A stretch of DNA of 64,000 nucleotides, taken from Dicyema japonicum (Eukaryota; Animalia; Dicyemida). The notes below the pieces were generated by a model. That model saw nothing but the letters and a program-made list of their open reading frames with translations, had not been told where the DNA came from and did not search any database. Position 1 is the first letter of the stretch; every line of letters begins with the position of its first letter. The translations under genes were made by a program, and so were the position numbers. The stretch is taken from positions 1,078,091 through 1,142,090 of the forward strand of contig RDEW01000011.1 in assembly GCA_011109175.1 (NCBI GenBank), written 5' to 3'. This document shows positions 47,701 through 60,383 of the stretch, in pieces.

Positions 47701-48206
47701 CTTCCTGATCTCATTCATATTCAGTTGTATAATTGTATAACCTCTCCATGGACCAGGATTGGGTTCGACGTCTACACATAGACGAATCAAAAGTCTTGAA
47801 CAAATGGGTACACCAGACAGGGTCAAAGACACAGGAGATGAAAGGACCACCGGACGGTGGGGAGAAGCTGTTGCATCTTTTCGTTCTTTTTTGAAATGGG
47901 TGACACCATTTCTGGTGAGCCACATGAGACCACGCTAACAACATAACCCTAAAACTTATCATCAGAGATTTTCATCCAGTGTTTTTGTCCATTTAGCATG
48001 CTTTCGAGAGTTGTTTTCGACACAAATGACTGGATGTAAGTTTTCGTTGCTCCTTGAATAGATATCTCATCCGTATAATTTTTGAAGCATCTCGAAACAA
48101 CTCCATCCGAGGTCATAACCAGCGTGGTAATCTTTACTAGACAATCGTAGAGAAGGTCAAAAGTCTTGCTAAATCGATCCTCAAGATATGATAAAACTTT
48201 AGACAT
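44725..48206 (-). mobile_element. Possible piggyBac-like transposase relic (44725-44939 and 47957-48206) split by the LINE
   Basis: CFKNYTDEI, WTKT.DE and RRKEDRLPAI resemble piggyBac F..FFTDEI, W..T..DE and R...DKLA.IR. Weak match. Confidence 0.35.
44940..47955 (-). mobile_element. Ingi-like single-ORF LINE (leader-2A-APE-RT), near full length, frameshifted
   Basis: DVEPNPGP at 47749-47772, IIQLNMN, IQESK, GDLNARH, SPDLT, QHGF, IDINKAFDTV, GVPQGSPLSP, YADD, LGVKYD. Flanked by a ~47-bp direct repeat. Confidence 0.9.
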
Positions 48207-48809
48207 ATTGCATGATCAAGCGATGGCTCCAGACAACATCAACTGTGGATCTTTTAGCCTATGTCTGGTTTATTTAATATAATTTTTTCTGACTTAGACT
48301 TCTGACACATTATCTTCCGATAACATTTCCAAAAGGAGGGATTTTATATATCAATCTTTCCAGCCTTAGCCTTCCATTTACAGTTCGTTTCTTACTATCA
48401 TATACTGCTGATTGCCTTTTTGATCATCATGATTTTGAAGATAATATTTCTTCGTCTATTTTGTTGACACAACGTCGCCATTTTGCTTTTAGGCGATCCC
48501 TCCCATTAATAAATCTCATGATAATAGGCAAAACAAATAATAAGTCTATTTGGAGAATACCCATCTTGTATAAAAATTCAGATATGACTGAAAGAGGTTC
48601 GTGACATCACAACTTTCAGTATTAATGATCTCTTTTTTGAAAGATCTTTCGGTAGAATACATAAATCATACGACATGAAAACCCTATAGTGGCCCCAATC
48701 CAAATGGGATATGTTGAACCTCAAGAAAACATCTTCCGATATCCCATGAGTTTTGAGCCTTCCCATAGAGACAAAAAGCTGACGATTCTAAGAATATGTC
48801 GAGTTTGTC

Positions 48810-50955
48810 CCGACCATGAAAAAAAATGATTTGAGTCATACCATGTAAGGATAGCTAGCCTAAATCAGACAAAAATTCTAAACACCTTCCATCCTGAGTT
48901 GTCTTGCAACAACCATAACTAGTATTCTTCGAACTAAGCATTCTTGCTCTAGAACTCAGAGATATATGTAGAACAATATATACCTAAACTCGGAATGAGG
49001 CGTTGCTTGCTTTTCTGGAAACTCTTGTTTTCTGGAGACATTGAACAAAACCCCAGGACCAAAACCCCTCATTATTAAACAGCTTAATGCTAACGGTATA
49101 AAACAAAGATCCTGGAGCTACGTAGTCTTTTATCGAAACACGTTGTCTCAAAAATGGATAAACTCCATGCACTGGGAAATATTATGTTATTTGGTGACCT
49201 CCATGGCAAACACCCCCAATAGGTTACTAATCATCGTCCCACAAGAGGGGTAATCTAATTGTTGACTACTTCTAAAAATAGTTATTCTAAACTACCCGAA
49301 TATCCACACAAGAACAACAGTCAGAAAAAATGATTACCCAACTCCATTCAACCTGTCCATTTTTTCCTAAAGGATTGGCCCGCTAATTTCGTGGAAAGTC
49401 TCCTACGACTTCCATGGTGATCATAATCTAATTATACCGAAGATGAGCCGATTCAAAAGCCAACACAGAATCAATGCAACTTTCAAAACTACAAGAAAGC
49501 AGACTGGCCAAATTTCAAGCTATTCAATTGACCGTAATCTAATGGGATTTGATCCTTGCACATTTGATTCTATCGATATGGCAGTGGATCATCTGAACTG
49601 TGTAATCCTCACAGCAGAAAGCTGTTTTTCTCTCGAGCAGTTATAAATGCTATAACAATACGTTCGATTGCGAAACTGGTTCCCTTATAAAGAAAAGGAA
49701 CGCTCTAAAAAGAACCAACCCCTTACCACATCTGACCTGAAGAATATAAAATGTTTAAATCAAAAAACACAACCTTCATCAAAAAAAGTCTTGAAACCGA
49801 CTATTATAATCTATTGGACAAATGAAATCTACGACACTACTTTGGAATATTATCCGTCGAATCTAATTAAGCATATCGAGTGAATTAGAATCTCGTTCTC
49901 AAAATATTAAGGAAACCAACAATCTGATGAAGTATTACGCGTATATAAGTCGCAAGGACTTTTCGAAGACATAATCATGTCGCTTACGTAATTTGGTACC
50001 TAAACCAAGTATTGCTTGATGGATAAACATCCAAATATCGTTTGATTCAGTACTAATGAAAAAAAATCCTACTAATGAAAAAAAGTCTTCAACACTTCCC
50101 TTCATCTACTTTAAAACGATGATAACCAATTATTTTAACGGACGAAGGGGACGTGTGTGTATAGGCCAATGAAAATCGAGATCCCGTCTCCTCCCGAATG
50201 GAGTCGCCCCTTTCTCTGGCGCTTTTCAACTTATTCTTAGGCCTTACTTCAAAAATTTGAGTGACCTTGATTTTTCAAAGCATACACCATAGAGGATGGG
50301 GCACAATTTATGCAATTCATTCTCCTCCCAGGAGTCTCTTCTCACGCAGTCAGTTCGTGTTTTCCTACAAAACNNNNNNNNNNNNNNNNNNNNNNNNNNN
50401 NNNNNNNNNNNNNNNNNNNNNNNNNNNNNNNNTGGAATATTATCCGTCGAATCTAATTAAGCATATCGAGTGAATTAGAATCTCGTTCTCAAAATATTAG
50501 GAAACCAACAATCTGATGAAGTATTACGTTTATATAAGTCGCAAGGACTTTTCGAAGACATAATCATGTCGCTTACGTAATTTGGTACCTAAACCAAGTA
50601 TTGCTCGATGGATAAACATCCAAATATCGTTTGATTCAGTCACGAGAATCCTACTAATGAAAAAAAGTCTTCAACACTTCCCTTCATCTACTTTAAAACG
50701 ATGATAACCAATTATTTTAACGGACGAAGGGGACGTGTGTATATATGCCATTGAAGATCGAGATCCCGTCTCCTCCCGAATGGAGTCGCCCCTTTCTCTG
50801 GAGCTTTTCAACTTATTCTTAGGCCTTGCTTCAAAAATTTGAGTGACCTTGATTTTTCAAAGCATACACCATAGAGGATGGGGCACAATTTATGCAATTC
50901 ATTCTGCTCCCAGGAGTCTCTTCTCACGCAGTCAGTTCGTGTTTTCCTACAAAAC
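48810..50955 (+). mobile_element. Multiply deleted Ingi-like LINE with a 2A-like motif (3' part duplicated across the gap)
   Basis: LLFSGDIEQNP(+c)GP at 49034-49061. Same lesions as 27450-28690. 49843-50373 is repeated at 50432-50953. Confidence 0.8.
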
Positions 50956-50989
50956 AGATAAATCCCGTCTTCTTGCAAAGAGAGGATAT

Positions 50990-53900
50990 GTGTCCATAGC
51001 GTTGGCTTAGCGTGGCGTTATGTGGTTCACCGATTCTGTAAGTATTGATAACGCCCAGAGGGTACCTAATGTTACTCCAAATAAAACCATTAAACATTTA
51101 CCTCCAAGAAAACTGTCTTCCTGGCGGCACGCACTTTTAGCTTCATCTACCCGGAAGGAACCCATTGCCTACCGCAAGATACGGACCAAGGTTCTATAAC
51201 TAAATGTCAATGGAGTAAGGAGCAAAATATTGAACTGCGCTCTCTCCTGGCTGAGCTTAAGATCGACTTGGCTTTGATACAAAAGACGAAACCGTATATA
51301 AACAGTCCTATCCCGGTGCTCCTTGGATAAAAGTCAATGCGGACTGACCGAAAGAAGAAGCAGAATGGTAGCCTACTCATTTTATATTGGAAAGACCTTA
51401 AATGTGTAAACATCACTTTAGTGGTAAAGAATATTTGGCAGACGACTATGTTACTGTGCTCTTTGGATAAAAGTAAAAACGGACTGACCGAAAGAAGAAG
51501 CAGAGTGGTAGCCTACTCATTTTATATTGGAAAGACCTTAAATGTGTAAACATCACTTTAGTGGTAAAGAATATTTGGCAGACGACTATGTTACTGAAGT
51601 CAATGCAGTCTCACTTGTAACAAAAATGGAAAAATTACTTTTGTGAACGTCTATGTACCTCCCCTTGTTCTTGCCTGAAGCAACACTTTGCCCAATTTAT
51701 CTACCTTGGTTTCCTTGAACGACGTGATCATTGGTGGGGATATCAACGCCAAACACCCCCTATGGCTGGAAAGTCAATCATCCAATTCAAGAGGAAAAGT
51801 ACTACTTTCGCAGATAGGATTTTTTAGGGTCATGAATGACCCGTCAAAACATACGAGAACCCTCTTCAGAGAGTCAGACCAACTAACTTCTCCAGACATC
51901 ACGCTTAGTTCTTCCGACCTGGTCAGTCACTTACAACTCAAGAAGTGACCACAATGCCATTTTTTTGAAGATCAAGAAAGAAACGTCAACTAGGAGGAGG
52001 TCCTCTGAACAATTCAACTACAAACGCGCAGACTAGAGACTTTACTGTACACTTGCTGACAACCTACTGCAGTACCTGAATGGCATTACTTTTATGGACA
52101 AAGTAGTCGATTATGTAAACCGCACTACCTTGGCTGCGAGATAACTATCTGTACCTAAGCACCACCTTAACTACACCAGGGGATATGACAGGCCGGTATG
52201 AACTTACGAAAGAAACCAACTCGAATAGTCTGGCGGATTAACTACTGAGGATAAGATTAGATTGAAGGCTTTGAACAATGAACTAAAAAACATTGAGGTA
52301 AAAGAACTAATATCAAGATTGAAACATGTGTTCTTCTCATTGAATAGAAATAGACTCACTAGTGAAATTTGAAGACCATCCGAGACACTTCAAAAAAGAA
52401 TGAATTATCGTGTGAGGTGGATCACAGCATAAAAGACATAAACAACCTAATAAAATACTATGTGAAAATATCCCATAAGGACCACAAGAAGTCCGATGTA
52501 TCTCCGAAATATCTTAGTAAACGAAAAAGGAACTGGAAACAATTCACATCACTAAATATGAAGTGAGATATGCATTGAAAGGCATTAGAACAAACTATTC
52601 TAACGGACTGAATGAGATCCCAATAAAGAATCTTGGGGAATATGTCACATCATAAAAATGACATGAGATATGCATTGAAAGCCATTAGAACAAACTATTC
52701 TAACGGACTGAATGAGATCCCAATAAAGAATCTTGGGGAATATGGAATCGCTGCATTAACGAAGATATTTAACCACTCTATTAACAAGAATTTTATCTCA
52801 GCCTTATGGAATCTTGTCCACCTACGTCCAATTTTGAATCCCGGAAAAGTGAAGAAGGACCAGGCTTCGTACAGATCAGTCACGTTATTGTGTTCGGTGT
52901 TGAAAATTCTGGAAAGGCTGGTTCTTGTGAAAATCAAAAATTTCCTCCCGGAAATGTCATTTCAACATGGTTTTAAAGAGGAGAGGTCTACTTCGACCCA
53001 TTTATCTTCATTGACTAACTTTATGCGATATGGCTTTTTGCACAGGCTGGGACACATGAAAACTGTACTTTGCTCCATTGACGTCCACAAAGCTTTTGAT
53101 TCTGTGTCAAGGAATATTCTCACTTGGAAAATTACCAAAGATCCCTGGAAAGCTTAAACTCTGGCTAGCTAATTTCCTTAGTGGTCAGAAGGGACGCGTC
53201 TGCATTGCCCAGTCAAGGTCTGAGTATTGTTATTCAATCTATTCATGGCTGACTTCCCCACTCCAGACCCCTAATTATTCTGATATTGCGTCACGCGATC
53301 AGGACATCCAAATCGCCACTTCGAGACTACAAGAAAATCTGGACTTTGGTGGGCCTATTCTGTACCATTCACATGTAATTGGTACGCAGGCAATGTTGAA
53401 ACCAAGACTGACAAGCGATGTGTCCTCCTCCCTGGAGCCGACTAGAACCTTTGCAAGAGGGAGTCTTTTATCTCTCTTCGTGGTAGAGAGGGATTCTTTA
53501 AAAAATTCATTAAGGTTGTTATTATCAACTCAAAAGGGCAGATTCTCCAACACTCAACAGTACTGGAATAGGCCCTTGAAATGACAAGGATGAAGTTAAT
53601 CAATACCGTAAATGTTGCGGTTAAATTCTTTAATGGCAGAAATGAATTCAGTTTCCATTATGTGGAATTCGGTTTCCAGTGGTCGCACAAAAGACCTCAA
53701 GTCTTCTGGTGCACCAGGGAGTTTCGCCCTCAACAGGCCTTGAATATTCAAAAATGGCATTAGAGTAAGAAGACGGAAAGCGGCTCCCACGTCACGCTCA
53801 AAAAGTTTTAAGCCAATAAATTTATTGAGACCTGAGACCGGTGTCTGGCTGAGCTGTAAGAGGCAAATCCGAAATTACTAGCTTGTCTGGGAAATATACT

Positions 53901-54075
53901 GTTTGAACTTTGATGATTCGCGAGAATGATTTCTTACTGTCGATCTCCAGATGCTACGAGGGTGTTGTTAATGAGACAAGTAAGACAGGAAGCTACCTGG
54001 ATTCGTGCCCCCGAGCATCAACATGTTCAATCGCACATAACTCAAATTGAGTGTGACGAGTGGTAGTGGACTAAT
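50990..54075 (+). mobile_element. Degenerate Ingi-like LINE without a 2A motif
   Basis: LNVNGV, NVYVPP, GDINAKHP, SPDIT, QHGF, IDVHKAFDSV. Internal tandem duplications at ~51320-51600 and ~52560-52745. Confidence 0.85.
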
Positions 54076-54179
54076 AGTTTTTGTTTAAGTGATACATAGG
54101 ATTGTACGATGTAAAAATAAAGCACCTGAATGGTATTTTATTCCAAAATTCCATTAAATAACTTCTGATATTGTAGAGC

Positions 54180-55320
54180 CCTTCAATAGACTTGAAGAAA
54201 GCATTCGACTCCATGTCCCGGACGCTACTTATAGAGAAAATTTCTGACACTCTTATAAATCCAAGCATTAAAAGATGGCTGTTGAATTTTCCAAATGGAA
54301 GAAGGGGACAAGTGATGTCGGACAACAGAAAATCCAAATCCCGTTTATTGCCGAATGGTGTCCCTCAAGGTTCACCTCTTTCTCCTTTGCTCTCCAACTT
54401 GTACTCCAATGACCTTCCCACCAATGATGATCCCGATACATTGATACTCTCATACGCAGTTGACATTGTTCTTGCGACAAGAGACTCTAACTATGAAAAA
54501 GCTTCAAAGTTATATTGTTATATCGGAACATTGGCTCATATCAAATCGACTGGATGTTTCTACAGGAAAGTCATTAGTAGAGAATAATCCATACTTTTAA
54601 GTTTTTTTTACTAGGAATCAAAAATTTAAACAATAGAATTCAGGTAGTTGCCGCCTTCACTGCGTGGCTGTTCCCTCTCAAAATTGCAAGCAAAATTCGC
54701 TCAAATAGCCAGCGGCGTTCACGGAGATCTCCAGTGCATGAGGTGATCCGGAAAGTCATTTATAAATAAATTTCTCTACATATAGAAGATCATTATATTC
54801 TCCCAAAATCAAATTGTTTGGATATGAAATTCATTTGGATAAGTCTCCAACAATACTAGGATTAAAGTTGGATACTCTCCTGACATTCGGCCAACACGTC
54901 AATGACGTTATTACCGAGGTCAAAGGAGGACCAACATATTGAAAATTTTTTACCGATCACTAATCAGGCACAACACTTTCTTACTAAAGAAAATTTACAG
55001 ACAATACATACTACCAGTAATTGCATGTCCTTCCTGGAGCTCAATGATTTCTGAATCGTCGTCTCAAAAATTAGATGCCGCACAACTTGCTACCTTGAAA
55101 ATAATTAATAAGAAACCTGTGAATAACGTATTGAATGTTAAAAAACATCTAAAGTGAAGTCAGTTCTACAGTGGGCAATGAAAACCGGCTGTCCGCTTTC
55201 ATTCTATATATCTGACTATCTAGAAAATGCAGGGAATCTATGGAGAATGTGACCGTCCCCGTGTTTACCAATTATTTTGGATTTTCGAGGACCCCGAACA
55301 AGAGCCAGAACCCTGAAAAC
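54180..55320 (+). mobile_element. Ingi-like RT fragments interrupted by a CRE 3' fragment (54640-54755, minus)
   Basis: DLKKAFDS, GVPQGSPLSP, ILGLKLD; CRE piece TGDLRERRWLFERILLAILRGNSHAV. Confidence 0.8.
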
Positions 55321-56248
55321 CTTGATCATTTGGTAGTTAACCTTTAACTTTTTCTAATCCAGTGATCTTGGGGTAGAACAAACCCTTCATGGAGTATGTC
55401 ATTATCATAGAATTTGATATTGTTTTGGTGTCATATGAAAAAGTTGATAACGCGATGTTACCGCATTAAAACTGTAGAAAATAACGATTAATGAAAAAAA
55501 CCTTTAAAAACCCAGTAGTATTGTTATAGTATAACCACACTAAGTTTAACATAAATTTATTATAATTGACTTCTTTTCTAAACTAATTACTCCACTTATG
55601 GTATGATCTATCCCTCCCTGAGAATTATAGGATAATGAGAAAATTATATTCACTTAACAAAAAGACCGAAAATTGTATTTTATTTGTACCTCCAAAAATT
55701 GATACAATCGATGAGATGTTATAACGATCTTTAATTTTAGATTATTTCTCGACTATTGATAATAATAGTTTTAACTGCCTTAAGTAGTTTAATAATTTAA
55801 TATCCATAATGTTGGTATTTATGGTCATTAACCTTAATAAATTTGAAGTGACAATTCCAAGACTAGTTCTTCAGAGCACGTGAGATCATAAGAAGGTTAG
55901 TTTTCATTTTGTTGTCTTTCGTCCTTCATCACGAGCCAATAATTCCTATAATGGTAGGAGTGGTAAAAAATTCAAAAATTATAAATGCCATTTTAAACCA
56001 GGTTTTTGAATATATAATTCATAATTGCATGACAAAAGCGCATGCAGTGGTGAGTGTAAAGAACTCCCCAAGAGCTATCGGTATGAACAAGCATTTTATA
56101 ATTAATAAGAAAGCATTAAGTAAATAATTCAGGTTTATTTGTTTAACACTTGAATTACCCTAATCAATCGAAATTATGTAAATCTAGGAATTAATTTAAA
56201 ATAATAGCTATTCTAAAGGATATCTCTGACAGTTTCCAGAGGAACCAG

Positions 56249-58394
56249 CTATTTCATTCTATCAACTGGGAAAATAGTCCTATCACTATATGCAAGCTTT
56301 AATGTTTTAATTTAAAACAATATATTTATTTATCAAATAAATATATTATAAAATTCATGATGATATTTGTGATAATATTTTTACTTTTTTCACTAATTGT
56401 GGAAGATCAGGCCAGTTGGCATCCATCCCCTTAAATACAATTAAAAGAGTCACCTCAAAGCTGAACCCTCCTTCTGAGTTGTGCACTATCAATTAATGAC
56501 CAATATGGGTTGCATCGATCTTAACTGACAATGCGAAGGCCCCTTCAACGGAGGTTGACTTTCTTACAAGGAACTCCCCCACCCTATCCCCCATTAATTT
56601 TGTTATAGCCTCCTCTCTGTTTAAATTAACAAAATTTATATTTTTGAGTATTAAACATAAATTGAATTTTAAACAACCTTGTGAAGTGTGGTTGATACCA
56701 AGTGTATTCCAATTTCTCATATAATGAATCATTCCCTGTGGTCAATTCTTTGATTGAATATTTAGTATGAAAAGAGGCGGTCCCATGTCCTCTGTCGTTT
56801 TTGTTTTGTTTGGTATTTTCTAAAATTGAATAGCAAAGAGACTATTAAAATATCTAAGAATTTTGCGAGTTTTCTTTGTGCTAACTTTTTTCTTTTCCTT
56901 GTTTTCCTTAAATAATTCATTTCTAGAAACCTCGACAGTCTTTTCACGTTCCATGGGAATGAACAAAAATGATTCAGTTGAAATCAATAGCTCTTTGGGG
57001 TAAAAAATTACCCTTTCAAGTTTACCATTGCCTCCCTCTTGGTTTGTTAGGCTTGGTCCCTTACTAAACACTACAAATAAGAGACTTCACATACAGGGTT
57101 GGTTCTTCTGTCTCCTCTCCATATTGTTGGATGTTGTCTCCGTCAAAACGTCATCAATAATCGGGCATAGAGTGTCATCGTTGTCCATATTATTCAAGGA
57201 AACCGGTTTATGCACATTGGGTTTTTTCACAAATTCAAAATACTCGTTAAGATTCCTGCGGTTCTCTTTGTAAGCCGGGAGAACGCGGAACCTAAGCATG
57301 AAAGCCAAATGACACCTGAATCCGGAAGACTTGCAATCGTCCACAGGAGCCCCAGGAGAGTGTAAATCATCCATCTATACAAACAATTGTCTGGTTAAAC
57401 GGCGTGAAATAACAAAAGGAATAATTTAAACGGCTTGGAAACGGTAGGAATAAATTAAAGGCCAAATAATTGCGGTAGTTTTAAGACAAAAGGGTGGTTA
57501 ATTATTAGCCACGTGCAAGTGCGATTATTAATATGGATTATTCAGTTTTATGCAGATTTAGTACTCTCAATCAATAAGCTATACATTAAGACAGTTTTCA
57601 TTGAATTTCCTGTCGGTTGGCCTTGACTAGAATTTAACAAATGACTCACCTTTTGTGGCATTTGGAGGTCAGTGTTGCTTTGGTTGTTTGTCTTCCTGAT
57701 TTCGACTGCTTCTTTAAAGGCTGCTTTGATTTTATGGTTGATGTGGTCAATCTAGTATTAGCCAAACGATACTTGAAATTTTGACTTTGTTGAAAAAAAG
57801 TGGCAAAATTGGACAGACTTTTTGTAGTGCTGGTAGACAGTATCTGAGTTGTTGGGATTTCTTGCAATTATGGCGAATCTTCCAGTTCTGGGGTCGCAGA
57901 GTGCGTGAGATATTCTCTTCATGGAGTGAACCATTCTCAAATTCTAAAAATGTGCGTAATTAATGAAATTAAAGTCTGGTAAGCGAAGTCGAGTCGCAGA
58001 GATCTCCATTTACTACCTCAGAACAAAGTCCAGTAACTCTGATTTGCCTGCTCGAAATTGCAATCACAGCTGTCTCCCCCGAAAATGAGTTTTTCTAGAA
58101 AAATCGATTATGCCAGAAGAACTTTAATTGCTTAAAGTAGTAATAAAATTAGCGAATCAATTATTTTGACAAAAACCTGTATTTTCTGCAAATGTTTCAC
58201 TGCCCTGGAAATCTTCCCTTCCATGCACGTGCTCTCCAATAGAATGGATCCCTCATACTACATTGTTAACGAAATTTTAAAATCGAATGTTTTTTTGGAT
58301 ATTTTAGTAATTATACCTTAACGAAACAGTGGTTTGAGTAAATGTGGTTTCCACAAGGGAAGGAGTCTTTACTTGAGATCGCTGAGGTTTTCAT
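56249..58394 (-). CDS. SH2D5-like: PTB + SH2 adaptor, SH2D5-like
   Basis: Phase-0 exons 58394-58317, 58257-58177, 58094-58017, 57943-57773, 57751-57650, 57626-57585 and 57374 onward. PTB: MVHSMKRISHALCD...FAIIARNP...FCHFF. SH2: WYQPHFTREEA...GEFLVRKS...FALSVK...H*LI. Has an in-frame TAA at 56493 and an unresolved phase problem near 56885; the last exon is tentative. Confidence 0.75.
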
Positions 58395-58798
58395 GGCGAC
58401 TAAAAAAACTAACGAAAAAAATGACGACGCGCAGTTTTAATATAAGAAAGCTGATCGATACAGCAATTTGTTAACAATAAGAATATCGTTGACATTTAGA
58501 AGCAGATATCCTAAAGTGGCTGTAAGTAATATTTATGCAAAGTTGGCTGATATCCCCATCACGTTAAAGTACATCTATTTATCGTACTATGCATGTTTCC
58601 TTTGACACAACACTAAGCAATTATTGGTAACCATCTAATTTTTAAATTCCAAGATTTCTCTGGTAAATCTCATATTTTCTTGGGTATTTTGGATGTGAAT
58701 GAATGGTCAATTAGTCTAATTGTTTTGATGGCTAATTACACATTATTGGCTATTCCAGACATTGGGTACACATTTAATGAATTTGGTGGGTTTCGGGG

Positions 58799-59018
58799 TG
58801 ACGGTAGTCACGTTGACGTAAATTAAACAGTTAAACCAACGGAAATTAAGCAAAAATTAAGGGATTATGTGACGTAATAATCAGACAGACAACTATTATA
58901 TGACAGTCTGACGGTAGTCACGTTGACGTAAATTAAACAGTTAAACCAACGGAAAATAAGCAAAAATTAAGGGATTATGTGACGTAATAATCAGACAGAC
59001 GACTATTATATGACAGTC
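58799..59018. repeat. Tandem duplication, 110-bp unit x2
   Basis: tgacggtagtcacgttgacg...atatgacagtc at 58799 and 58909, two mismatches. Confidence 0.92.
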
Positions 59019-59988
59019 GATAAAGTGTGATAAATCTTTATTATTGTTAAATCGCCTGGAACAGCGAAAAAGAAGCAAATCAATCAGGCGACCCTAGTTA
59101 CCATTTATTTTTTATATAAATCTACGGATAGGTTCCTTTTTTGGATTTTTTACAAATAAATTGTATATTCGAGTTATCAAAGGAAATATTTTCACATTGA
59201 ATTAATATTCTGGCTATTTTCCTAATATCCTCTGCGGATTCAATGTTTTTAATACCAAGACCAGTTAATCAATTGGTTAAAGTTGCGCCAGGATGAACTG
59301 TCTACTTAATGATAGATAAACACCCTTGTCTTTTATCTTCTCCCAGGAATGGACTATGTGACAGACTCAGGATAATTGAACCCATAATTTCGACTTAAGA
59401 ACAATAGGCTACATTAAGTCTATGGGCTCGAATTAGTCCAGACCCAAATTGAAAGAATTTGGAGGTTAATCTATCAAAAATATAATGTTATGTCGTGAGC
59501 CTCAGGTGAGATCGAACCGCAGATGCAATTCGTCAATGTCAAACATGTCGAAAATAAAATCAATCGATTTATCAAAAAAAATTGAGCTACTTCCAATTAT
59601 GTCAACGGGGACCACTTTTGATTAATTTTTGTGTCTTGTTTTAAGTAAAAAAAATAAAAATAATTATCAACGGTTTTTCGACAAGGGGTCTACTACAGAA
59701 GGTAGAGCAATGAATTATGTACTCTGACTCAGTAAAAGTTATAGTTTTTTTTTCCAACACTAAGTTAAGATTTTTAATTGGCAAAACTATTTGAATACAA
59801 TGTGGATACTCTTATAGAGGATTCACTCTCTATTGCAATATGTCATATACTTAAAGACTGCGCTACTTTCATTTTATGGTGACAAATAAGAATTCATTAA
59901 TGCTGAGGAAATCGATTATATCCTCTTCGCCTATTGGAAGTAGCTCAAATAAACTCAATAAATGGTACCTAATGATGAATTTTCCAAA

Positions 59989-60383
59989 ACAGAAGCTATG
60001 ATATTAAAAGCATGGAAAAAAGGTCGGATGAGCGATGGAGGAAGATCAAAAAGCTTAGGTTCCAAACATGAAGACAGTGAAGACATTGTTTGAAGAAAGA
60101 CCCTTGCTACAGAAACACTAAACAAAGTTTAAAAAAACTGTATTGACAGAATACGATCAAGTATATAATTCCGGTTAAAGTTAAACNACAGAAGCTATGA
60201 TATTAAAAGCATGGAAAAAAGGTCGGATGAGCGATGGAGGAAGATCAAAAAGCTTGGTTCCAAACTTGAAGACAGTGAGACATTGTTTGAAGAAAGACCC
60301 TTGCTACAGAAACACTAAACAAAGTTGAAAAAAACTGTATTGACAGAATACGATCAAGTATATAATTCCGGTTAAAGTTAAAC
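59989..60383. repeat. ~197-bp direct repeat across a single N (probable contig-overlap artefact)
   Basis: 59989-60186 is repeated at 60188-60383, with n at 60187. Confidence 0.85.

Larger units (their letters stand above)
35287..57185. repeat. Unit 2 of the tandem segmental duplication
   Basis: See unit 1. Lacks the DHHC gene body and the RTE insertion; retains the SH2D5 3' exons. Confidence 0.88.

Noticed and set aside
49843-50953. LTR-like 520-bp direct repeat
   Set aside because: The repeats flank an N gap, consist of LINE RT sequence, and lack TG..CA ends and a PBS. This is a contig overlap.
56249-56495. Stop-codon reassignment (TAA/TAG as sense)
   Set aside because: VTA1 and DHHC end at TAA where homologues end, and 500-860-codon LINE ORFs contain no in-frame TAR. 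One or two isolated stops are better explained by mutation or error.
59495-59530. tRNA gene on the minus strand
   Set aside because: Only a B-box-like ggttcgatc and a partial stem; no cloverleaf.
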